The notes under the pieces: generated by a model
The model's input: only the letters and a program-made list of their open reading frames with translations
The model's database searches: none
What the model was told of the DNA's origin: nothing
Made by a program: the position numbers and the translations under genes
Shown here: in pieces, positions 19,552-27,894 of the stretch
How the letters are laid out: each line of letters opens with the position of its first letter
How positions within the stretch are numbered: the first letter of the stretch is position 1
Assembly: GCA_036406955.1 (NCBI GenBank)
Contig: DASXAF010000125.1
Location: 732 to 64,731, forward strand
DNA: 64,000 bases
Direction: 5' to 3'
Source of the DNA: Casimicrobiaceae bacterium
GTDB lineage: Bacteria; Pseudomonadota; Gammaproteobacteria; Burkholderiales; Casimicrobiaceae

Positions 19552-21138
19552 CTAGAAGCCCGACGCCTGGCCGTCGCGCCGCGGATCGGACGCCGCGACG
19601 TAGCCTTCCTGCGCTTTGACGATGAACTGGCCTGCGCCGAAGTCCATGTAGGTGTCGGGCACGGATGCGGTGACGTGCCCGAGCGCGAGCAGGCCCGCAC
19701 GAAGCTCCGGCGACGCGGAAGCCTCGAGATCGATCGAGCCGTCGCGGTTGACCTTCCAGCGCGGCGCGTCGAGCGAGGCTTGCGGATTCATGCCATAGTC
19801 GACGAGGCGCACGACCGTCTGCACGTGCCCCGGCGGCTGGATCGGGCCGCCCATCACGCCGAACGCCGCGTACGGTGCGCCGTCACGCGTCGCGAAGCCC
19901 GGAATGATCGTGTGATACGGACGCTTGCCGGGCCCCACGCAGTTGGCGTGCGCCGCGTCGGTGACGAAGCCCGCGCCGCGGTTCTGCAGGCTGATGCCCG
20001 TGCCCGGCACGACGACCCCCGAGCCGAAGCCCATGTAGTTGGACTGGATCAGCGACACCATCATGCCGCTGCGATCGGCCGCGCACAGGTATACCGTGCC
20101 GCCGCGCGGCGGATCCCCGGGGCCGAAGCGTTTCGCGCGCGATGGATCGATGAGCCTCGCACGCGATGCGAGATAGCCGCGGTCGAGCAGCGCCTCGGGC
20201 TGCACGCGCATCGTCCGCGGATCGGCGACATAGCGATACGCGTCGGCGAATGCGAGCTTCATGGCCTCGATCTGCAGATGCTGGCTGGCGACCGAATCGG
20301 GCGCGTGCGCGCGCAGGTCGAAGTTGTCCAGGATGCCGAGCGCGATGAGCGCCGCGATGCCCTGGCCGTTCGGCGGGATCTCGTGCACCGTCACGCCGCG
20401 ATAGTCGTAGGCGAGCGGGGTGACCCAGTCGATCGCGTGCGCCGCGAAGTCTTCCACGGCATGACCGCCGCCGTGCTCGCGCGAATGCGCGGCCATCGCG
20501 TGTGCGAGGTCGCCGCGATAGAACGCTTCGCCGTCGGTGCGCGCGATGGCCTCCAGCGTGCGCGCCATGTCGGGGCTCGCGAAGCGCTCGCCCGGTGCGG
20601 GCGCGCGCCCGCGCGGCAGGAAATGCGCCTGCCATCCCAGCCCCTGCGGCATCACGGTCGCCGCGAGCGCCCATTTCTGCGCGATCACCGGCGATACGGC
20701 GTAGCCGTCGCGCGCATAGCGGACCGCGGGCTCGAACAGATCGCCGAAGGGCAGCTTGCCGTAGCGTTGCGACAGCGCGACCCAGCCGGAAACGGCGCCC
20801 GGTATCGTCACCGACTCCCAGCCGCGCTCGGGCATGGCGCGGCCCGCGAAGCGATCGGGCGTCCATGCGGCAGGCGCGCACCCCGACGCGTTGAGCCCGA
20901 CGAGCTCGCGTCCGTCCCACAGGATCGCGAAGAGGTCCGAGCCGATGCCGTTGCTGCACGGCTCGACCACGGTCAGGGTGATCGCGGTGGCGAGCGCTGC
21001 GTCGACGGCATTGCCGCCGCGCGCGAGCATCGTCACGCCGGCCTGTGTGGCGAGCGGCTGGGAGGTCGCGACGACGTGGCCGGCAAGCAGCGGCTGGCGC
21101 CGCGACGGATACGGGAGCGACCAATCCAAGGGCGTCAT
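19552..21138 (-). CDS. Gamma-glutamyltransferase family protein (no signal peptide, YwrD-like)
   Basis: 528-aa ORF. GGT blocks seen: GGNAVDAALA and the autoprocessing/nucleophile region PPRGGTVYLCAADRSGMMVSLIQSNYMGFGSGVVVPGTGISLQNRG. Confidence 0.88.
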   Translation of the reverse strand: MTPLDWSLPYPSRRQPLLAGHVVATSQPLATQAGVTMLARGGNAVDAALATAITLTVVEPCSNGIGSDLFAILWDGRELVGLNASGCAPAAWTPDRFAGRAMPERGWESVTIPGAVSGWVALSQRYGKLPFGDLFEPAVRYARDGYAVSPVIAQKWALAATVMPQGLGWQAHFLPRGRAPAPGERFASPDMARTLEAIARTDGEAFYRGDLAHAMAAHSREHGGGHAVEDFAAHAIDWVTPLAYDYRGVTVHEIPPNGQGIAALIALGILDNFDLRAHAPDSVASQHLQIEAMKLAFADAYRYVADPRTMRVQPEALLDRGYLASRARLIDPSRAKRFGPGDPPRGGTVYLCAADRSGMMVSLIQSNYMGFGSGVVVPGTGISLQNRGAGFVTDAAHANCVGPGKRPYHTIIPGFATRDGAPYAAFGVMGGPIQPPGHVQTVVRLVDYGMNPQASLDAPRWKVNRDGSIDLEASASPELRAGLLALGHVTASVPDTYMDFGAGQFIVKAQEGYVAASDPRRDGQASGF

Positions 21139-21205
21139 GCGGGTGCGGAATGCGATCGACGGCGGACTCGAGGTCCGCGTCCACCGTTGATCATACGCGG
21201 GCGCG

Positions 21206-22711
21206 CTACGCCTCCTCGGCGAACGCTTCCTCGCGCTTGCTGCGGATGTTGGGCAGCGTGATGACGAGGACCAGCGCTGCCGCAGCGATCAGCAGGCCCG
21301 CCGAGATGGGCCGCTGGAAGAACACGAACGCGTCGCCGCGCGACAGCAGCAGCGCGCGGCGCAGGTTCTCCTCCATCATCGGGCCGAGCACGAAGCCCAG
21401 CAGCAGCGGCGCGGGCTCCATCTCGAGCTTCATGAACAGTACGCCGATGAGGCCGAAGAGCGCCGTTTGCAGGATGTCGAAGCTCGTGTTGTTCACCGTA
21501 TAGACGCCGATCGAGCAGAACAGCAGGATCGCCGGATAGAGCAGGCGGTACGGCGTGGTGAGCAGGCGGATCCACATGCCGATCATCGGCAGGTTGAGGA
21601 TCACGAGCATCGCGTTGCCGACCCACATGGAGGTGATCAGGCCCCAGAACAGCTCCGGGTTCGACGAGATGACCTGCGGGCCGGGCTGGATGTTGTGGAT
21701 GGTCATCGCGCCGACCATCATCGCCATCACCGCGTTCTCCGGAATGCCGAGGGTGAGCAGCGGAATGAACGACGCCTGCGCGCCCGCGTTGTTGGCGGCT
21801 TCCGGGGCGGCCACGCCCTGGATCGCGCCGCGGCCGAATTCATGCGGTGTCCTGGAGATCTTCTTCTCGAGCGCATACGCCGCGAACGACGAGAGCATCG
21901 CGCCGCCGCCGGGCAGCAGCCCCAGGATCGAGCCGATGCCGGTGCCGCGCAACACCGCGGGTGCGGCCGCCCTGAGCTGCGCGAGCGAGGGCAGCAGGCC
22001 TTTCACCTTGCGGGCGACGAGCTCGCGCTTCTCGGTGGTCTCGAGATTCAGGATGATCTCGGCGAACCCGAACAGCCCCATCGCGACGCCCGTGATGCCG
22101 AGGCCGTCGGACAGCTCCGGAATGCCGAAGTCGAAACGCTGCACGCCGGAATTGACGTCCGTGCCGACGATGCCGAGCAGCAGCCCGAGCAGGATCATGC
22201 CGATGGCCTTGACCAGCGATCCGTGTGCGAGCACCACCGAGCCGATGAGCCCGAGCACCATCAACGCGAAGTACTCCGCGGGTCCGAACTTCAGCGCGAG
22301 CGCGGACAGCGGCGGCGAGAACCCGGCGACGAATACGGTGGCCACGCAGCCGGCGAAGAACGAGCCGAGCGCGGCGATCGACAGCGCGGCGCCCGCCTGA
22401 CCCTTGCGTGCCATCTGGTAGCCGTCGAGGCACGTCACCACCGACGACGTCTCGCCCGGCATGTTCACGAGGATCGCCGTGGTCGAGCCGCCGTACTGCG
22501 CCCCGTAATAGATGCCGGCGAGCATGATCAGTGCGGACACCGGCTGCAGCGCATACGTGGTGGGCAGCAGCATCGCGATGGTGGCGACCGCGCCGATGCC
22601 CGGCAGCACGCCGATCAGCGTGCCGAGCAGGCAGCCGATGAGGGCGTGGAGGATGTTGAGCGGCGTCAGCGCGACGCCGAAGCCGGTGGCGAGGTGGCCG
22701 AGGATGTCCAT
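21206..22711 (-). CDS. tctA: Tripartite tricarboxylate transporter large permease
   Basis: 501-aa polytopic ORF that starts like typical TctA (MDILGHLATGFGVALTPLNILHALIGCLLGTLIGVLPGIG). Confidence 0.9.
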   Translation of the reverse strand: MDILGHLATGFGVALTPLNILHALIGCLLGTLIGVLPGIGAVATIAMLLPTTYALQPVSALIMLAGIYYGAQYGGSTTAILVNMPGETSSVVTCLDGYQMARKGQAGAALSIAALGSFFAGCVATVFVAGFSPPLSALALKFGPAEYFALMVLGLIGSVVLAHGSLVKAIGMILLGLLLGIVGTDVNSGVQRFDFGIPELSDGLGITGVAMGLFGFAEIILNLETTEKRELVARKVKGLLPSLAQLRAAAPAVLRGTGIGSILGLLPGGGAMLSSFAAYALEKKISRTPHEFGRGAIQGVAAPEAANNAGAQASFIPLLTLGIPENAVMAMMVGAMTIHNIQPGPQVISSNPELFWGLITSMWVGNAMLVILNLPMIGMWIRLLTTPYRLLYPAILLFCSIGVYTVNNTSFDILQTALFGLIGVLFMKLEMEPAPLLLGFVLGPMMEENLRRALLLSRGDAFVFFQRPISAGLLIAAAALVLVITLPNIRSKREEAFAEEA

Positions 22712-22715
22712 GCGA

Positions 22716-23174
22716 CTAGCGCTGGAACGGCCAGATCGGCAGTTGCACGCCGATGCCGATCACGAACACGCCCGTGGCGAGAGCCGCCAGCAGGATGCCG
22801 GAGATCACCGCTTCCTTGGGCCGGAACTCGTGGCTCGCAGCGCTCGTGCACACGATGAGGATCACCGTCGACAACACCATGCCGAGCCATTGCACGATGT
22901 AGCCGAAGAGAATGACGCCGCCGATCACGAGCAGCGTGGGGCGCAGCTTCCAGCGCGGAATCGGCGAGCCCGCGTTGGCGGCGGAGAGACTGCGCAGGAC
23001 GAGCACCACGCCCAGCACGAACAGCAGGATGCCGAGAATGCGCGGAAAGTAGCCGGGGCCCATCCGGGCCGCCGTGCCGAGCGTGTATCTCGAGCCGTAG
23101 ACCAGCGCGAACACGCCGATCGCAGCGAACAACACGCCGGACCAGAAATCCTTCGGATGGCGGATCGACGCCAT
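22716..23174 (-). CDS. tctB: Tripartite tricarboxylate transporter small subunit
   Basis: ORF 22716..23264 trimmed to ATG 23174 (MASIRHPKDFWSGVLFAAIG). It is a ~150-aa four-helix membrane protein lying 4 nt upstream of tctA. Confidence 0.8.
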   Translation of the reverse strand: MASIRHPKDFWSGVLFAAIGVFALVYGSRYTLGTAARMGPGYFPRILGILLFVLGVVLVLRSLSAANAGSPIPRWKLRPTLLVIGGVILFGYIVQWLGMVLSTVILIVCTSAASHEFRPKEAVISGILLAALATGVFVIGIGVQLPIWPFQR

Positions 23175-23324
23175 GACACCTCCTCGAATGGCCGGCTCGT
23201 TCTTGTCGCGAGGCCGCTTGCCGGCGCCGCGTAGGATAGCATTCGGCGCGCGCGCGCCGAGCATCGTTGCGGAAGGAAAAAGGGCAGGCCGTCGGCCTGC
23301 CCTTTCACGCGAATGCGGCGTGCG

Positions 23325-24173
23325 TCACAAGCCGTTCTTCGCGCGCAGATCCTTGAAGTACTCGTCGAGCCACTGCGCCTGCATGCGCTTCTCGAGCTGC
23401 GGCTTGACTTCGTCGAAGCTCGGGACCTTGGCGTCGCGGATGTCGTCCACCTCGATCACGTGCCAGCCGAATTGCGTCTGCACCGGCTGTGCCGTGAACT
23501 TGCCCTTGGGGGTCGCCTTCATCGCGTCGCCGAAGGGCTTCACGAAATTGCTCGGCGCGTTCCAGTCGAGATCGCCACCCTTGTCCTTCGAGCCCGGGTC
23601 CTTCGAGCGCGCCTTGGCGAGGTCCTCGAACTTCGCGCCCTTCTGCAGCTCGGCGATGATGTCCTTGGCCTCGTCTTCCTTGTCGACGAGGATGTGGCGG
23701 ACCTTGTATTCCTTGTCGCCGATCTGCGTCTTGATGCTTTCGTATTCCTTGCGCAGCTTCGCCTCGGGTACCGGGTTCTTCTGCAGCCAGTCCGTGATGT
23801 AGGCACGCACGAGGATCGTCTGCGCCGCGAGGTCCATCTGCGCTTTCATTTCGGGCGTCTTGTCGAGGCCCTGCTTGCGAGCTTCGCGCGCGAGCAGCTC
23901 GCGCGTGTTGAGCTCCTCGCGCACGGCGGTTCGCAGCTCGGGCGTGTCGTGCGCACCCGGGGCGGCGAGGCGCTCCTTCAGCATGAAGTCGTATTGCTGC
24001 TGCGGGTAGAGCTGCTTGCCGGCAGGCGCGGCAGCGGCGTCGCCCTTCGCAGGCGCGGCAGCCTTCGGCGCGGCCTTGGGTGCGGCCGGCGCTTGCGCGG
24101 GGGGCGTTTGCGCCTGTACGCCGGCGGCAACGAGGATCGCGGCCAGCGCGGCCGCGAGCACGGAGTGTTTCAT
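23325..24173 (-). CDS. Periplasmic peptidyl-prolyl cis-trans isomerase (parvulin/PpiC type)
   Basis: Signal peptide MKHSVLAAALAAILVAAGVQA, followed by an Ala/Pro/Lys-rich linker. Parvulin domain: YKVRHILV...KGGDLDW...FGWHVIEV. Confidence 0.88.
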   Translation of the reverse strand: MKHSVLAAALAAILVAAGVQAQTPPAQAPAAPKAAPKAAAPAKGDAAAAPAGKQLYPQQQYDFMLKERLAAPGAHDTPELRTAVREELNTRELLAREARKQGLDKTPEMKAQMDLAAQTILVRAYITDWLQKNPVPEAKLRKEYESIKTQIGDKEYKVRHILVDKEDEAKDIIAELQKGAKFEDLAKARSKDPGSKDKGGDLDWNAPSNFVKPFGDAMKATPKGKFTAQPVQTQFGWHVIEVDDIRDAKVPSFDEVKPQLEKRMQAQWLDEYFKDLRAKNGL

Positions 24174-24190
24174 CGTCTGAAATCCTTTCG

Positions 24191-24460
24191 TCAGGAGGGG
24201 AACTCGTCCGGCGCGTAGGCCCGGATGGCCAGCGCATGGACCGGGTTTGGAATGAGGTCGCCGACACGGTCGAGGACCGCGCGGTGCCGGGCGAGCCGTG
24301 TGAGGCCGCGGAAGTGCTCGGACACGATGGTCAACGAAAAGTGCCCGCCGCCGCCCGCGGCACCCGCGTGGCCCGCGTGCTCGGCGCTGTCGTCGTGGAT
24401 GTCGAGCACGACAGGGCTCAGCGACGTGAGGCGCCGGGCGAGCGCGTCGGCGGTCGTCAT
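24191..24460 (-). CDS. BolA family protein
   Basis: This is the tail of ORF 24191..24934, starting at ATG 24460 (89 aa). BolA pattern: IHDDSAEHAGHAG...HFSLTIVSEHFRGLTRLARHRAV...HALAI. Its start overlaps the yciB stop (ATGA). Confidence 0.85.
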   Translation of the reverse strand: MTTADALARRLTSLSPVVLDIHDDSAEHAGHAGAAGGGGHFSLTIVSEHFRGLTRLARHRAVLDRVGDLIPNPVHALAIRAYAPDEFPS

Positions 24461-24987
24461 CGGGACGGCTCGGACAGGTAGCGGGCGAGGACCAGGCCCT
24501 GCGCCAGCGCGAAAGCGAGGAACAGGCCGATGCCGCCCCATACCTTGAAGTTCACCCACGTGTCGGTCGTGAAGTGGAACGCGACGTACCAGTTGGCGAG
24601 CGCCATCGCGCAGAAGAACGCCACCCAGGCCCAGGTGAGGCCGGTCCACACGTTCGTCGGCAGCGTGAGGTCCTTCATGAGGAAGGCGATCAGGTCGCGG
24701 CGATAGGCGAGCTTGCCGACCGCGAGCACGAGGGCGAACGTCAGGTACAGGACCGTGGGCTTCCACTTGATGAACGTCTCGTCCTGGAGCAGCAGCGTGG
24801 CGCCGCCGAAGATCACGATGATGGCGAGCGAGATCCAGTGCACGGCCGAGACCTTGCCGCGCCAGTGGAACCACGCGATCTGCACGACCGACGCCGCGAT
24901 CGCGACGGCCGTGGCAACCCAGATCCCCTGCCACTTGAACGCGATGAAGAACAGGAGGAGCGGGAAGTAGTCGGCCAGCAACTGCAT
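24457..24987 (-). CDS. yciB: Intracellular septation protein A
   Basis: 176-aa membrane ORF with the typical YciB/IspZ N-terminus (MQLLADYFPLLLFFIAFKW). Confidence 0.9.
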   Translation of the reverse strand: MQLLADYFPLLLFFIAFKWQGIWVATAVAIAASVVQIAWFHWRGKVSAVHWISLAIIVIFGGATLLLQDETFIKWKPTVLYLTFALVLAVGKLAYRRDLIAFLMKDLTLPTNVWTGLTWAWVAFFCAMALANWYVAFHFTTDTWVNFKVWGGIGLFLAFALAQGLVLARYLSEPSR

Positions 24988-25071
24988 AAACGTGCGATTA
25001 TAGCGCGGATGGCGCCCCTTTGTTCCCCTCTGCCCCCGGCGAGAGGGCCGGGGTGAGGCGGCGCACCGGTC

Positions 25072-26106
25072 CTATTCCGATCCTGCCTCCTCGCCCCCCG
25101 GCGCCTCCAGCGTCTCGCCTTCGAAGCGCGTCTCGACCGGCTCCGCTGCACGCCCTTGCTCACGCAGCCAGCGCGTGAACTCGTCGCGGTATCCGTGAGT
25201 GACGAGCACGCGTTGCGCGCCCGACGCCTCGACCGCGGCGTTGAGCGCGGGCCAGTCGGCGTGGTCCGAAAGGGCGAAGCCGCGGTCGAGGCTCGCGCGG
25301 CGGCGCGTTCCGCGGATGGCCATCCAGCCCGACGCGAACGCGGTGGAGCAGGGATGGAACCGGTCGAGCCATCGGGTGCCGCGGGCCGACGGCGGCGCGA
25401 CGATGAGCGCCTGCGCCCAGCGCGTGCCCTGCGGGGCCGTCGCCACACGCGCGGTCGCAGGCAACACGACGCCTGCCTCGCGATAGGCCTCGTTGATGCG
25501 CTCGACGGCGCCGTGCGTGTAGACCGGGCCGGGCAGCGGGTCGGCGATGTCGCACAAGCCGCACAGCACGCGTTGCGCCTTGCCGAGCGCGTAGGCGAAG
25601 AGGACGCTCGCGCGGCCCGCCGCCCGATTGTCGTCCCACCACGCGAGCATCGCGCGCAGCGTGGCTCGCGGGTCGTCCCACCGATAGATGGGCAGGCCGA
25701 AGGTCGATTCGGTGACGAAGCAGTCGCACGCAAGCGGCTCGAACGGCGCGCACGTCGGGTCGGGCGCGAGCTTGTAGTCGCCGGATACGACCTCGATGCC
25801 TTTCTCGTGACGCAGGCGGATCTGCGCGCTGCCGAGCACGTGCCCGGCGGGATGGAACGAGACTTCGACCTCGCCGATGCGCCGCGTTTCGCCGTAGCGC
25901 AACGTCTCGATGCGCGCGTCGGCACCGAGCCGTGCGCGCAGCAACGGCAAGCCCGCGGATGCCGCCAGATACGACGCGTTGCCCACGCGCGCGTGATCGC
26001 CGTGCGCATGCGTGATCAGCGCGCGCTCGACGGGGCGCCACGGATCGACGTGGAAGCCGCCGGCCTCGCACCAGAAGCCGGCCTCGGTCATGCGCAGCAG
26101 ATTCAT
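25072..26106 (-). CDS. Ligase-associated DNA damage response exonuclease (metallo-beta-lactamase fold)
   Basis: ORF 25072..26769 trimmed to ATG 26106 (MNLLRMTEAGFWCEAGGFHVDPWRPVERALITHAHGDHAR). Further blocks: SFHPAGHVLGSAQ, SGDYKLAPDPTCAPFEP, TESTFGLPIYRW, FASGWMAIRGTRRR, LSDHADWPAL, VTHGY. These match the family as I recall it. Confidence 0.8.
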   Translation of the reverse strand: MNLLRMTEAGFWCEAGGFHVDPWRPVERALITHAHGDHARVGNASYLAASAGLPLLRARLGADARIETLRYGETRRIGEVEVSFHPAGHVLGSAQIRLRHEKGIEVVSGDYKLAPDPTCAPFEPLACDCFVTESTFGLPIYRWDDPRATLRAMLAWWDDNRAAGRASVLFAYALGKAQRVLCGLCDIADPLPGPVYTHGAVERINEAYREAGVVLPATARVATAPQGTRWAQALIVAPPSARGTRWLDRFHPCSTAFASGWMAIRGTRRRASLDRGFALSDHADWPALNAAVEASGAQRVLVTHGYRDEFTRWLREQGRAAEPVETRFEGETLEAPGGEEAGSE

Positions 26107-26657
26107 TCGTCGAAGGCGCGGCCGAGGCGCGTCCAGTCGAACGCCGGCCCCGGATCCGTCTTGCGGCCGGGCGCGATGTCGCTGTGCCCGACGACGTCCT
26201 CGATCGGATAGCGCGCGCGCAACGCTTCGACCAGCGCGACGAGCGCCGCGTATTGCGCGTCGTCGTAGGGCATGTCGTCGGTCCCCTCGAGCTCGATGCC
26301 GATGGAGAAATCGTTGCAGCGCTCGCGCCCGTTCCAGCACGACACGCCCGCGTGCCATGCCCGCTGCGCGCAGGGAACGAACTGAACGAGCGTGCCGTCG
26401 CGTCGAACCAGGAAGTGCGAGGACACCCGCAGCTGCGCGATCTCGGCGTAGTACGGATGCGCGGTCGCATCGAGAGCGTTGGTGAACAGGCGCTCGATGC
26501 CGTCGCCGCCGTATTCGCCCGGCGGCAGCGAGATGCCGTGGACCACGATCAGGCGGATGTCTTCGCCGCAGGGCCGCGCGTCGCAATTGGGCGAGGCGAC
26601 CTGCCGCACGCCGCGAGCGATGCCGTTGCGGTCGATGTCGAGCGGTTGAAGGCGCAT
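26103..26657 (-). CDS. ampD: 1,6-anhydro-N-acetylmuramyl-L-alanine amidase
   Basis: 184-aa ORF. Amidase_2 blocks seen: SPNCDARP, IVVHGISLPPGEYGG, SSHFLVRRDGTLVQFV, AWHAGVSCW, NDFSIGIELEG, HSDIAPGRKTDPGP. Confidence 0.9.
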   Translation of the reverse strand: MRLQPLDIDRNGIARGVRQVASPNCDARPCGEDIRLIVVHGISLPPGEYGGDGIERLFTNALDATAHPYYAEIAQLRVSSHFLVRRDGTLVQFVPCAQRAWHAGVSCWNGRERCNDFSIGIELEGTDDMPYDDAQYAALVALVEALRARYPIEDVVGHSDIAPGRKTDPGPAFDWTRLGRAFDE

Positions 26658-26788
26658 GTGAGGGCGGTTCCCCGGCGATTATGCCAAGCCGCCAGGGCGC
26701 GCCGGACTGAAATGTGGGTATCGCGCGGGTCAAATCCGGGTACCCGTGCGCTCGCGGAGACCCTGCCACCCCGGCATCGTGGCGGCGT

Positions 26789-26810
26789 CACGCCTGCGCG
26801 AGCAGGCGTG
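26789..26810 (+). repeat. Perfect 9-bp inverted repeat with GCGA tetraloop, 37 nt upstream of the PEP-CTERM gene start
   Basis: Read directly from the sequence: cacgcctgc-gcga-gcaggcgtg. Whether it acts as an operator or as a leader hairpin is unknown. Confidence 0.3.
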
Positions 26811-26846
26811 CGCTTCGGCCGTTGCGCCACCACTCCGGAGCTCATC

Positions 26847-27881
26847 ATGCGCCTGAACCCTCCTCGCCTGATCGCCGTCGCTGCCGCGGCCCTCGCACCC
26901 GTGTGTGCGCGCGCGGACCTCGTGGATTCCTCCGACGTCACGCTGACCGCATTCGCGAATTATTCGTCGTCCCAGCCTCCGCGCAACGACGCCTCCCTCG
27001 CCACGGGGTCGCCCTTTCGGGGGGCGCCGATCGTCGAGGCGCGCGCGCTCGTCAACGCGGGCTCCGAGTCGCTTCCCTTTCCGCACACGGCCACGCAGCA
27101 GGTCGAGGGCTTCGCCTCCGCGGCGGGCGACAACTTCGGCACTTTCGGCGTGGGGGTGAGCGGCTTCTTCTTCATCGGCTCGCTCCCGCCCAATGCGCTG
27201 GCGGCGGGCGGCACGTTCGCGGAAACGCTCACCAACAATTCGTCGACCGACAGCATCCAGGTCTTCACCGACTTCCTCATCCCGCAGCCGACGACGCGCT
27301 TCTTCGGAATCGGCAACTTCTTTCCGCCAAACGCCGATCCCGCGCGCGACGCGAGCGCGTCGGTCGAGGTGCGCATGTTCACCCACATCACGCATCCGGA
27401 CGGCACGGTGGACGACGAGACCGCGTTCGACTATGGCATCCGTGTCGCGCGCGACGTCGCGACCGGCACGCTGGTGGCACGCGAAATCGGCGACTTCGTG
27501 TTCGAGACGCCGACGGAATTCGACGAGCCCGACGGCTCCTTCGGATTCAGCGTGCCCGCGCTGCATCTCACGCACTTCCTGCTCGGCGACATGGGCCCGG
27601 GCGACGTGCTCGACTTCACCTACGACTACTTCGCGCGCGTCAGCACCGGCTTCGGCGAGACCGCGGTGTTCGCCGCGAGCGGGGATCCGTTCGACCTGAA
27701 TGCAGGCGGCCGCGTCGACCTCGCATTCGAGGGGCCGGCGCAAACGCCCGAGCCCGCGACGCTGTCGCTGCTCGGCACGGCGGCGCTCGCCCTATGGCCT
27801 TTCACGAGCGGGACGCGCCGAATATTCCGCGCACGCAGGCGGCGCCCGCCGACCTATACTTCGCGGAGCCGTTGGCAATGA
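26847..27881 (+). CDS. Secreted protein of unknown function with PEP-CTERM-like C-terminal sorting signal
   Basis: ORF 26184..27881 trimmed to ATG 26847. The signal peptide is MRLNPPRLIAVAAAALAPVCARA. The C-terminus reads TPEPATLSLLGTAALALWPF..RRIFRARRRR (PEP, then a hydrophobic helix, then a basic cluster), followed by an atypical ~11-aa tail. Confidence 0.7.
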   Translation: MRLNPPRLIAVAAAALAPVCARADLVDSSDVTLTAFANYSSSQPPRNDASLATGSPFRGAPIVEARALVNAGSESLPFPHTATQQVEGFASAAGDNFGTFGVGVSGFFFIGSLPPNALAAGGTFAETLTNNSSTDSIQVFTDFLIPQPTTRFFGIGNFFPPNADPARDASASVEVRMFTHITHPDGTVDDETAFDYGIRVARDVATGTLVAREIGDFVFETPTEFDEPDGSFGFSVPALHLTHFLLGDMGPGDVLDFTYDYFARVSTGFGETAVFAASGDPFDLNAGGRVDLAFEGPAQTPEPATLSLLGTAALALWPFTSGTRRIFRARRRRPPTYTSRSRWQ

Positions 27882-27894
27882 CGAGGTTCGCTAC

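Noticed and set aside
25025-25058. GC-rich hairpin-like element cccctctgcccccggcgagagggccggggtgagg between the exonuclease gene and yciB. It is reminiscent of boxC/REP-type intergenic repeats.
   Set aside because: Only one copy is visible in the window, so a repeat family cannot be demonstrated. No T-tract follows it on the transcribed (minus) strand, so it is not a convincing intrinsic terminator either.
26107-26846. N-terminal extensions of ORF 25072..26769 (-) and ORF 26184..27881 (+) suggested by the ORF track.
   Set aside because: The extensions overlap ampD or the divergent promoter region and are Arg/Pro-rich. Internal ATGs (26106 and 26847) give canonical family N-termini or a signal peptide.
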